The translations under genes were made by a program, and so were the position numbers. Below are positions 8,839 through 17,223 of a stretch of DNA of 64,000 nt, piece by piece. Within the stretch, counting starts at the first letter, position 1. The number at the start of each line of letters is the position of its first letter. The stretch is from an uncultured Actinomycetota bacterium. Its GTDB lineage: Bacteria; Actinomycetota; Thermoleophilia; Gaiellales; F1-60-MAGs149. The notes below the pieces were generated by a model. It saw only the letters and a program-made list of their open reading frames with translations, searched no databases and was not told the DNA's origin. Location: the NCBI GenBank assembly GCA_963767885.1, contig CAVYFW010000003.1:218628-282627 (forward strand), in the 5' to 3' direction.

Positions 8839-11800
8839 ATGCGCCTGGCTGCTCTCACCACCGCCCTGCTCGCGTCGCTCCTCGCCCTCGCCGGCACGGC
8901 GGGCGCGGCCACGTTCACCGTGAACTCCACCGGGACGGCCGACGACGCAGCGCCCGGCAACGGCGAGTGCCGCACCGCCGGCGGCGTCTGCACGCTGCGC
9001 GCGGCGGTGCGCGAGGCCGACGCGGGCGCCGGCAGCGACCGCGTGGTCGTCCCGGCCGGCACGTACACGCTGGCCGCGGGGCTGCAGGTGCACTTCCCGC
9101 TCATCCTCGAGGGCGCGGGCGCGAGCTCGACCGCGATCGACGGCGCCGGGGAGATCGTCCTGCGCCTGCTCGAGGGCGCGACGACGGTGCGGGGCGTGAC
9201 GGTGCGCGGGGGCGAGGCCCAGGGCGGCGCCGGGCTGCTCGTGGAGAGCGGCGCGACGCTGACGCTGGAGGACGCCGTCGTGACCGGCAACGACGCGTTC
9301 ACGGGCGGAGGCGGGATCTACGTCCAGGCCGGCGGCGCGGCCACGATCCGCCGCACGTCGATCAGCGGCAACCACGCCACGGGCGCGTTCGGCGGCGGCA
9401 TCTGGAACCAGGGCGAGCTCGACCTCGTCGACAGCGTGGTCGCCGACAACGAGGCCAACCGTGCCGGCGGCATCCGCAACGAGGGCGAGATGCGGCTGCG
9501 CAACGTCACCGTCAGCACCAACCGCGCGCTCTCCGACGAGGCCGGCGTCGGCGGCATCTCGCAGAACGGCTTCGCGTTCCTGAACAACGTCACGATCACC
9601 CTCAACCACGGCCGCGGCGACGTCGCGGCGTCCTTCCGCGGCGGCGGCCTCCAGACGTCGACCGGCGAGCTCACGGTGCTCCAGAACTCGGTCGTCGCGG
9701 GCAACGACGGCCACGGCGGGCCGGCGGACTGCGTCGGCCCCCTCAGCTCCGACAGCCGCTACGACCTGATCGGCGTCACCACCGCCTGCGGCCTGCCGGC
9801 CGTGACGACGACGTGGAAGCTCGGGGTCGACGCCCGGCTCGGGCCGCTCGCGAACAACGGCTCGTCCCTCCGGGGCCACCTGCCGCAGGCGACGAGCCCG
9901 CTCGTCAACGCGGGCGCGCCGTACACGCCCGGCGGTCCGGCGGCGGGCGCCTGCGAGGGCCGCGACCAGCGCGGCATCGTGCGCCTGCGCTGCGACATCG
10001 GCGCGCTCGAGCGCGAGGTGCCGGTGCCGGCGACCATCACCGTCACCTCGACGGTCGACCAGCCCGACGCGGTGCCCGGCGACGGTGACCTGCGCCACGG
10101 CCGGCGGCGCCTGCACGCTGCGGGCGGCGGTCCAGGAGGCCAACCGGCTGCCCGGCGCGCAGAACGTGGCGATCCCGACCGGCGGGTACGTCCTGTCCCT
10201 CGTCGGGTCCGAGGCCGGCCTCGACGCGGACGCCGCGGGCGACCTCGACGTGCGCGGCGAGCTCTCGCTGACCGGCGCGGGCGCGGCGGCGAGCGTCGTC
10301 GACGGCAACGCGCTCGGCCGCATCCTCGACGTCGAGGTCGGAGCCAGCCTGCGCGTCCAGGGCCTGACGCTGCACAACGGCCGCGATGCGGGCGGCGGCG
10401 CGATCCGCGCCACGAGCGCGCAGGTCACGCTCGAGCAGACGGTGCTGTCCGGCAACGTCGCCACCGGGCCGGGCGGCGCGGTGCTGATGAGCGGCCTGGA
10501 CGAGGTGCTGGTCGTGCTGGAGTCGACGTTCGAGGGCAACCGGACGACGGGCCTCGGCGGCAACGGCGGCGCGATCTCGGCCGGCGGCGACGTGACCGTC
10601 ACCGCGTCCGTCCTCGCCGCCAACCAGGCGGCAGGGTCCGGCGGCGCGCTCGCGGTCACCGGCAGCCTCCTGCTGGAGCGCTCGGCCGTGCGCGACAACC
10701 GCGCCGAGGGCGGCGTGCTCGGCAACGGCGGCGGCGTCAGCGCGACCCAGGCCGCGATCGCGGGCTCCACGCTCTCGGGCAACACCGCGTCCGCGCACGG
10801 CGGCGGCGCCTTCGTGGGCAGCGGCACGCTCGACGACTCGACCGTCTCGGGCAACGGGAGCGCCGACCGCGGCGGCGGCGTCTCGACGAACGGCACGCTC
10901 GCCCTGCGCCACGTCACGCTCGCCGGCAACACCGCGAGCGCAGGCGGCGCCGACCTCTTCGTCTTCGGCTCCGGCGCGTCGCTCTCGCTCGCCGACAGCA
11001 TCCTCGGCAGCGCTGGCGGCGCTGGCTGCGCGGGCGCGGCACCGGCGAGCGCGGGCGGCAACGTCGCCCTCGACGGCAGCTGCGCCCTGGCCGGTCCGAA
11101 CGACCGCCCGGGCGTCGACCCGCTGCTCGGCCCGCTGGCGGACAACGGCGGCGCCACCCTCACCCACCTGCCGCAGGCCGGCAGCCCGGCGATCGACAAC
11201 GGCCTCCAGCCGACGCCGGCGACCGACCAGCGCGGCGCGGCGCGCCCGCAGGGCCCGGCTGCCGACAGCGGCGCCGTGGAGGGCATCGTGGCCATCATGG
11301 GCACGCCGACCGGCGCGCCGACGGCGCTCCTGATCGGCGCCGACGCCGGGGCCACGGGCGCGGACGCCCGCGCGCTGGCCACCCTCCGCGCGCTCGGCCT
11401 GGAGGCGACCGGCATCGAGCCTGCCGCGGCCGCGACGGTCTCGCTGCAGGGCCTGCGCCTGATCGTCGTCTCGCGGACCGCGAAGCTGACGCCGGCGGTC
11501 GCCCGGCGCCTGGCCCGCGCCGGCGTCGGCATCGCGACGTGGTCGCCCGCGGCCGCCCGCCAGCTCGGCCTGGTGCGGGCGCGCGGCACGGCCGGGCTCG
11601 CACGCGGCCGCGCGCTGCGCATCACGGCCCGCGGCGTCGGGCTGCTCGGCGCGCGCGGCCGCGTGCAGCTCGTCGCGGCCAGCAAGCCCCGCATGGTCCT
11701 CGCCCGTCTGACGCCGGTCGCGACCGGTCGCGTGCAGGCGCGCGTCAACGTCCCCGGCCGGCCGGCGGCGCTCGTCACCTTCGGCAAGCGCGTCCGCCTC

Positions 11801-11920
11801 GCGGGCGGGCTGAAGGTGAACGCCCGCCGCGCGGCCCTCCCCTACGGCCCGGGCGGCGCGACGACCGCGCTGGGCCGCCAGCTCGTCGAGCGGGCGCTGA
11901 CGTGGGCGGCGGCGGGGTGA
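8839..11920 (+). pseudogene. Large secreted right-handed beta-helix protein with two CSLREA / choice-of-anchor-Q-like modules and a distinct C-terminal domain; one frameshift near 10083
   Basis: Signal peptide MRLAALTTALLASLLALAGTAGA. Module 1 has GNGECRTAGGVCTLRAAVREA..DQRGIVRLRCDIGALE (ORF 8839..). Module 2 has TCATAGGACTLRAAVQEAN..DQRGAARPQGPAADSGAVEG (ORF 10085..11920). There are many G-rich beta-helix turns. An extra g after GGCGACGGT breaks the frame. Confidence 0.8.
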
Positions 11921-12128
11921 CGATCAGCGCGCCGCGTTGTCCAGCTCGTCGGCGGCGGTGCCGGTCAGCCCGGGTGCTACGGGAGTAAGCCCGCGTCACC
12001 GCTTCTGTCGCCGTAGCGCCGGAATGGCCGTTCCGCGCCGCCGCCGGCTGGACGCCGACGCTGCCTGCCCGCGGCGCGACGTTCCGGCACGCCGACCCGC
12101 TCGTCCCTGAGGTCGTGGCGGCCGTCGG

Positions 12129-12333
12129 CTAGGGCGCGGCTGCACTCGGGGCGGCGGCCGCTGTGCCCCCAACCGACAGGGTGCCGCGCTCGACGTCCGC
12201 CACCGCTCGCCGGGGCGCCGGCGCCGGCGCCGACACCGTCGTCGCCGCTGCCGCCGCAGGCCGCGAGGGCGCCGGCGGCGAGGGCGGCGAGCACGAGCGG
12301 CACGAGCTCGCGGCGCACGCGGAGCACGGTCAT
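12129..12333 (-). CDS. Possible small lipoprotein (about 67 aa, needs one frameshift)
   Basis: RBS CAGGAGG precedes ATG 12333. Lipobox signal MTVLRVRRELVPLVLAALAAGALAAC. Third-position GC collapses after about 45 codons and recovers in another frame that stops near 12129. Confidence 0.3.
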
Positions 12334-12371
12334 GGCGGACCTCCTGCGGGGTGGCGTACCGGGGGAGCGCG

Positions 12372-13211
12372 TCAGGCCGTTCCGGCCCGCGCGTGCGGCG
12401 CGACCACCCGGGCGCGCCGCGGCCAGAGCACGTAGGCCAGCATCGGGATGGCGTACACGAGCCAGCCGGCGAGCTCGCCGACCGTCGGGTGGGGCTGGAG
12501 CCCGAACATGCCCGTCAACAGGGAGCTCGACCAGGCACCCGGAGCCACGAGCCAGCTCAGGTCCACCGCCTCGTCCTGCAGGCCGTTGAGCCAGGCGCCC
12601 TCGTGGGCCGTGTGGATCGCGCTCGCGACGAGTCCGGCGGCGACGAGCACCAGCAGCACGGCCGTCACCCGGAAGAAGCGCCCGAGGTCGAGCCGCACGC
12701 CGCCGGTGTAGATGCCCCAGCCGACGACCACCGCCACCGCCACGCCGAGCGCCGCCCCGAGACCGGCGCCGGTGCTGTCGCCGGACGCCTGGAACGCGGC
12801 GAGCAGGAACACGGCCGTCTCGAGCCCCTCGCGCATCACGGCGAAGAAGGCCATCGCCACCAGCGCCCAGACCGAGCCCTCGACGAGGGCCGCCGACGCG
12901 TGCGCGCGCAGGTCGCCGGCGAGCCCGGCGGCGTGGCGCCGCATCCACACGATCATGAACGTGACCATGCCGACGGCCACCGCCGCCACGACGGTCTCGA
13001 GCCGCTCCTGCTCGCGCTGGGGCAGCGAGCGATCCAGCACCTGCAGGGCCACGGCCGCGGCGGAGCAGAGCAGGACCGCCAGCACGACGCCCGCCCACAT
13101 CGCGCGCAGCGCATCGCGCCGGTTCTGCTGGCGGAGGAACGCGGCGATGATGCCGACGATGAGGGAGGCCTCGACGCCCTCGCGCAGACCGATGACGAAC
13201 GTGGGCAACAC
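12372..13211 (-). CDS. efeU: FTR1/EfeU-family high-affinity iron permease
   Basis: Two REGxE motifs (REGVEASL, REGLETAVFL) and a multi-pass membrane profile. GTG start at 13211 is preceded by GGAGG. No efeO or efeB nearby. Confidence 0.85.
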   Translation of the reverse strand: MLPTFVIGLREGVEASLIVGIIAAFLRQQNRRDALRAMWAGVVLAVLLCSAAAVALQVLDRSLPQREQERLETVVAAVAVGMVTFMIVWMRRHAAGLAGDLRAHASAALVEGSVWALVAMAFFAVMREGLETAVFLLAAFQASGDSTGAGLGAALGVAVAVVVGWGIYTGGVRLDLGRFFRVTAVLLVLVAAGLVASAIHTAHEGAWLNGLQDEAVDLSWLVAPGAWSSSLLTGMFGLQPHPTVGELAGWLVYAIPMLAYVLWPRRARVVAPHARAGTA

Positions 13212-13253
13212 GGAGCAGCCTCCATGCGGTGACGCCCCCGCGATCGGCGCCCC

Positions 13254-13269
13254 CTTAGGGAGCCCTAAG
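13254..13269. promoter_or_regulatory. Palindrome CTTAGGG-AG-CCCTAAG upstream of efeU
   Basis: 7-bp perfect arms in a locally AT-richer patch, about 45-58 nt upstream of the efeU start. The outer TTAGG..CCTAA recalls DtxR/IdeR iron-box half-sites, but the spacing is shorter than the 19-bp consensus. Confidence 0.3.
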
Positions 13270-13331
13270 TATCGGGGGCAGACCCGGCGCCAGGTCAAGT
13301 GACCCGGCGCACCGTGCCCGCCGAGCGGCTC

Positions 13332-14285
13332 CTACTGGAAGCGCGGCAGCACCTCGCTGCGGTAGAAGTCGAGGAAGGCGTCGTGGCCCGGGCCGACGTG
13401 GCCGACGAAGACCTCGTCGAAGCCGGCGTCGACGTACGTCTGGATGGCCGCCGCGTGCACCTCGGGGTCGGGGCCGCAGGCGAAGGAGTCCTGCAGCATC
13501 TCGGGCGTCACGAGCTCGGAGGCCTGCTCGAAGTGCGCCGGCGTCGGCAGGATCTGCGCGAGCTCGCCGGGCAGGGCCGAGTTGGGCCACAGCCGGTGGA
13601 CGGTCCGTAGGCACTCGTCGGCGTCGGGGCCGTAGCAGACCTTGAGGCCGCCCTGGGTCGGCCCCGTGCCGCCGTGCCGGCGATAGTCCGCGATGTCGTC
13701 CGCGTTCGGCTTGGTGGTGACGAAGCCGTCGCCGATGCGCGCCGCGACCTCGATCGCCTCCGGCCCGAACCCGGAGATCAGGATCTCGGGCGGCGTGTCC
13801 GGCAGCGAGTACAGACGCGCGTGCTGGACGAGGTAGAACGCGCCCTCGTGGGACTGCACGCCGCCCTCCCAGAGCAGGCGGATGATCGCGACCGCCTCCT
13901 CGAGCATCGCCAGCCGCTCGTCCGCGTAGGGCCAGTCGTCGCCGAGGACGCGCTCGTTGAGCGCCTCGCCGCTGCCCAGTCCGAGGCGGAAGCGGCCGGG
14001 CATGAGCGTGGCGACGGTGGCGGCGGCGTGGGCGATGATCGCCGGGTGCGTGCGCACGGTCGGGCAGGTCACGGCCGTCACCCAGCCCATGGAGCTCGTG
14101 ACGGAGGCGATGCCGCCGAGGACGGCCCAGACGAACGGGCTCTGGCCCTGCTCGTCGTTCCACGGGTGGAAATGGTCGGAGATCCAGCCGGCGTGGAAGC
14201 CGGCCTGCTCGGCCTTGGCGGCCGCGTCAACGAGCTCGGGACCCGTGCGCTCCTCGCTGGAGAGCGCAATGCCGATCTGTGCCAT
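13332..14285 (-). CDS. LLM-class F420-dependent oxidoreductase (G6PDH-like subgroup), 317 aa
   Basis: Intact ORF. GWISDHFHPW, RFRLGLGSGEALNE and ILISGFGPEA are typical of luciferase-like F420 enzymes. Confidence 0.85.
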   Translation of the reverse strand: MAQIGIALSSEERTGPELVDAAAKAEQAGFHAGWISDHFHPWNDEQGQSPFVWAVLGGIASVTSSMGWVTAVTCPTVRTHPAIIAHAAATVATLMPGRFRLGLGSGEALNERVLGDDWPYADERLAMLEEAVAIIRLLWEGGVQSHEGAFYLVQHARLYSLPDTPPEILISGFGPEAIEVAARIGDGFVTTKPNADDIADYRRHGGTGPTQGGLKVCYGPDADECLRTVHRLWPNSALPGELAQILPTPAHFEQASELVTPEMLQDSFACGPDPEVHAAAIQTYVDAGFDEVFVGHVGPGHDAFLDFYRSEVLPRFQ

Positions 14286-14416
14286 GCCCCCGCCATCCCC
14301 GCTCCAGCCGCCGGGAAACGCTCAGCGGGGCGGGCGGAGCGAGCGGTAGCCGGCCGGCCGCGGCGGGCCGTCCGCGCGTCAGCGCGCGCGGGCCAGCGCG
14401 TGGCCGCGTGCGACGG

Positions 14417-14629
14417 CTACGAGGACTCGTGCTTGCGCGCCGACGCCTGCCCGCCCTTGCGGCCGGCGGCGACCTTCTGCGCGTGGCTGCCGCCGCGGTG
14501 CGACTCGCCGCCGTGCTTGGACGCGTCGGGCGAGTTCGCGATGCGCGCGGCGCGCTCCTTCGACATCCCCTTGTCGCGGAGCGCCTCGTACTGCTCGTCG
14601 TTCTGGATCTGCGGTCGGTCCTTGGCCAT
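14417..14629 (-). CDS. Small basic hydrophilic protein, 70 aa (conserved MAKDRPQIxNxxQYEALRDKGMSKE-type N-terminus)
   Basis: ATG at 14629 inside ORF 14417..14959; the upstream part of that ORF is junk. Gly/Lys/His-rich tail. Confidence 0.6.
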   Translation of the reverse strand: MAKDRPQIQNDEQYEALRDKGMSKERAARIANSPDASKHGGESHRGGSHAQKVAAGRKGGQASARKHESS

Positions 14630-14667
14630 GGCCGGGATATACCCCGCCGACTGCCGGCCAATCACGG

Positions 14668-15348
14668 TCACCCGGCGACGCCGGTCGTGTCGTGAGGCGC
14701 GCCGACCGGCTTGGACTCCGGCGAGCCGCGCTGGCGCAGGAACACCGCGAAGATCGTGAAGGTCCCGACGGCGAGGAACTCCGACTGCCAGTTCTGCAGC
14801 GTCTGCTCCCAGAACTCCGGCGAGACGAGGAACTGCGGCCACGACACCGCGGCCGCCGAGTGCTGGGCCTGCTCCTCGTTGTACTGGCGCCACCCCGCCA
14901 GCGAGTGGCCGAGCCAGGACAGGAGGAACAGCACCCCCATCACCAGCAGGAGCGACCACGAGTAGAGCTGACGGCGCCAGTCCGCCACGCGTGCCCAGAC
15001 CGGCGCGTCGGCGGACGCGTGACGGCCGACCTCCTGCTGCTCGTCGCTCTCGAGGCCCGACTCCCCCGGTTTCTTCGACTCCGGCGAGCCGACCTGGAGA
15101 ACCCAGATCGTGAGCAGGATGAAGAGGAAGAACTGCAGGTACTCCGACTGCCAGTTCTCGAGCAACGCCTGGCCGAAGGCCGACGAGGTCACGTAGTCGA
15201 GGTAGCCCGGGGCGCGCTCGCCGTGCTGGGCGGCCTCGTCACGCTGGACGTGCCAGCCGGCCAGCGACTGGCCGGCCACGGCCACGAGGAACAGCAGCCC
15301 GAAGACGATGCTGAGGCTGTTGTCGCGGAGCGTCCGGCGCACTGTCAC
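14668..15348 (-). CDS. Membrane protein with internal duplication (DUF6766-like)
   Basis: Two repeats, each TM..NWQSE(Y/F)LQ/LA..TM..GSPESK. Intact 226-aa ORF with a GTG start. Confidence 0.75.
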   Translation of the reverse strand: MTVRRTLRDNSLSIVFGLLFLVAVAGQSLAGWHVQRDEAAQHGERAPGYLDYVTSSAFGQALLENWQSEYLQFFLFILLTIWVLQVGSPESKKPGESGLESDEQQEVGRHASADAPVWARVADWRRQLYSWSLLLVMGVLFLLSWLGHSLAGWRQYNEEQAQHSAAAVSWPQFLVSPEFWEQTLQNWQSEFLAVGTFTIFAVFLRQRGSPESKPVGAPHDTTGVAG

Positions 15349-15449
15349 CTACCGGCGAGCGCCAGCGCGATGTAGCCGAGCGTGCCGACCAGGCTCACGA
15401 CGACGTAGATGCAGAAGATGACCCGCGCACCGCGCATGGCGAGGGTCAT
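15345..15449 (-). CDS. Unlisted 34-aa single-TM micro-ORF, translationally coupled to 14668..15348
   Basis: MTLAMRGARVIFCIYVVVSLVGTLGYIALALAGR. Its TGA overlaps the downstream GTG (GTGA). Good third-position GC but only a weak RBS. Confidence 0.35.
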   Translation of the reverse strand: MTLAMRGARVIFCIYVVVSLVGTLGYIALALAGR

Positions 15450-15497
15450 CCCCGTTTCCGTCCGCTTCCGATCAGCGCGGCTCGCTCGACGGACGTG

Positions 15498-15995
15498 TCA
15501 GGCGGACGGCGCGTTCGGGTCCTCCTCCGCTGCGAGCAGCGTCGAGCCCTTCAGGGCCTCCTGCAGGTGGCGCTCCTGGATCGGCAAGGCCCACTCGATC
15601 AGGGCGCGGAGCTGCGGATGGCGTGCGCTCTCGTTCAACGTGCGCAGCACCTGCCAGTGCCCGACCTCGCCCGCCTCGGCCATCGTCAGGAACTCGAACC
15701 CGTCCAGGGCGTCGCTCTCGGCGTCGAGGTAGGTCTTCATCATCTCGGCGCCCTTCGCCTTCACGGTGCGCGCCTCGTCCAGGATCGCGGTCTTCTTGCC
15801 CTCGAAGCTCCCGGCGAGCTGCGTGCCCCGCTCCTCCGTCTCGACGGCCTCGTCGTGGATGCGCTGGAGCGCGTTGACCAGGGACGGGTCGTCCTCCTTG
15901 GCCAGGCCGATCACCTTCTTCGTCGCAGCCTGCCCGGCCATGGCCAGGCCGATGACCTCGCCCAGCTTCGTCTCCAGATTCGTCAGCTCCGCCAT
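15498..15995 (-). CDS. All-helical hypothetical protein, 165 aa (ferritin-like / DUF892-like, tentative)
   Basis: Intact ORF of normal composition. It has heptad-like helices and an EAGEVGHWQVL motif. Family assignment is tentative. Confidence 0.65.
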   Translation of the reverse strand: MAELTNLETKLGEVIGLAMAGQAATKKVIGLAKEDDPSLVNALQRIHDEAVETEERGTQLAGSFEGKKTAILDEARTVKAKGAEMMKTYLDAESDALDGFEFLTMAEAGEVGHWQVLRTLNESARHPQLRALIEWALPIQERHLQEALKGSTLLAAEEDPNAPSA

Positions 15996-16025
15996 GTGGC
16001 ACCTCGCCTCGTGTTCGGTTGGTGA

Positions 16026-16220
16026 TCAGCTACCGGTCGGCTGCGACCCGGTGTCCTTCGTCTGGCTCGTGCGGTCGACGGCGTCCTCGTCCCCGCCGCG
16101 CTCGCCGCCGGCGCGGTCATCGGGATCCGCGTGCGCGCCGCCGACACGCTCGGCGTGGGCGGAGTCCTTCGCGGACTGCTCGTCCTTCAAACGCGCGTCC
16201 TCGAGATGCCCTTCGCTCAT
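16026..16220 (-). CDS. Small acidic hydrophilic protein, 64 aa
   Basis: RBS GCGGAGG precedes ATG 16220. MSEGHLEDARLKDEQSAKDSAHAE.. looks like a low-complexity stress-type protein. Confidence 0.5.
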   Translation of the reverse strand: MSEGHLEDARLKDEQSAKDSAHAERVGGAHADPDDRAGGERGGDEDAVDRTSQTKDTGSQPTGS

Positions 16221-16394
16221 GGTGTCCTCCGCGTTGCAGTGGCCGGTCGCCGCATGGCTACCCGCCAGCGCCCGGAGGCAACCACGGTCGGCGATGGCCG
16301 GGGCGGACGGTTCGCCGGCGGGCGCCAGGCAGGCGCTGCGCGGCTCGGTGCGCGCCACCGCCGGGGCAGCGGTGGGAGCCCGGCGGCTGCGTCG

Positions 16395-17223
16395 CTAGCG
16401 GAGCACCGGCAGCCGGCGCGAGGCGGTGCCCAGCCAGCGGTCGCGGATGCGATGCAGGACGCGCTGCTCGCGCATCTTCAGCAGCACCGGGTCGACGTAG
16501 CCGCCGCAGCGGCGAGCCCTGCTCGAAGACGATGCCGTACAGCTCGTTGGTGGGGATGCGCCCGACCAGCTTCCCGTACCGCGTCGGGTAGGCGGTCCTC
16601 ACCGCAGCGAGGATCGGCGCGTCGTACACCGCCGCCGCGCAGCGCCCATCGGCCAGCGCCCTGAACATGCGCCGCTGGTTCTGCAGCAGGAGCGGCTTCT
16701 GCCGGGGGCGGATGCGGGTGCGGATGGCGTCGGCGCCGGTGGTGCCGCGCCCCGAGCAGAGCCGCAGCCCGCGCAGCTCGGCCAAGGTCCGCGGCAGCTC
16801 GCCGTGGTACTGGCGCGCCATCAGCACGCCCTGGTCGGCGCGCATGTACGGCTCCGAGAAGTCCACCCGCCGTTCGCGCTCCGTGGTGATGGTGGCTTCG
16901 GCGATGGCGAAGTCGTACGGCTTCGGGCGGCCGTTGATGATCGGCAGGAAGCCGGACTCGTTCACGAACTCGACACGCGGGATGCCGAGCCGGTCGGCGA
17001 TGACCTTCACGATGTCGATCTCCGCGCCTTCGGCGACGACGACCTGCGAGCCGAGCACGACCCCGAACTGGAAGTTCGGCACCGGCATGCTGAGTCCGAC
17101 CATCAGCACCCCGGGGCGCTTCGTCGGCACCGCGGTCGAGCCGGCCGGCGCGGCCAGCAGCAGCACCAGCAGGGCCAGGAGGGCGAGCAGCGCGGGGCGC
17201 CTGATCACGCTACGTGTGGACAC
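16395..17223 (-). pseudogene. Family-3 (amino-acid type) ABC substrate-binding protein, one frameshift near 16500
   Basis: Signal peptide, then VLMVGL..YDFAIAEATITTERERRVDFSEPYMRADQGVL in ORF 16258..17223. The true C-terminus GYVDPVLLKMREQRVLHRIRDRWLG..VLR is in another frame, stopping at 16395-16397. Confidence 0.75.

Noticed and set aside
8818-11787. 989-aa minus-strand ORF, the longest in the track for this region
   Set aside because: It is antisense to the beta-helix gene. The translation is Arg/Pro/Ala/Ser-rich with no family motifs, which is typical of the open antisense frames of very GC-rich coding DNA. The plus-strand product has a signal peptide and repeated family motifs.
13254-13269. 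Canonical IdeR/DtxR iron box upstream of efeU
   Set aside because: Only the TTAGG/CCTAA ends match. The palindrome is 16 nt rather than 19 nt and the inner half-site bases differ. I kept it only as a generic candidate operator.
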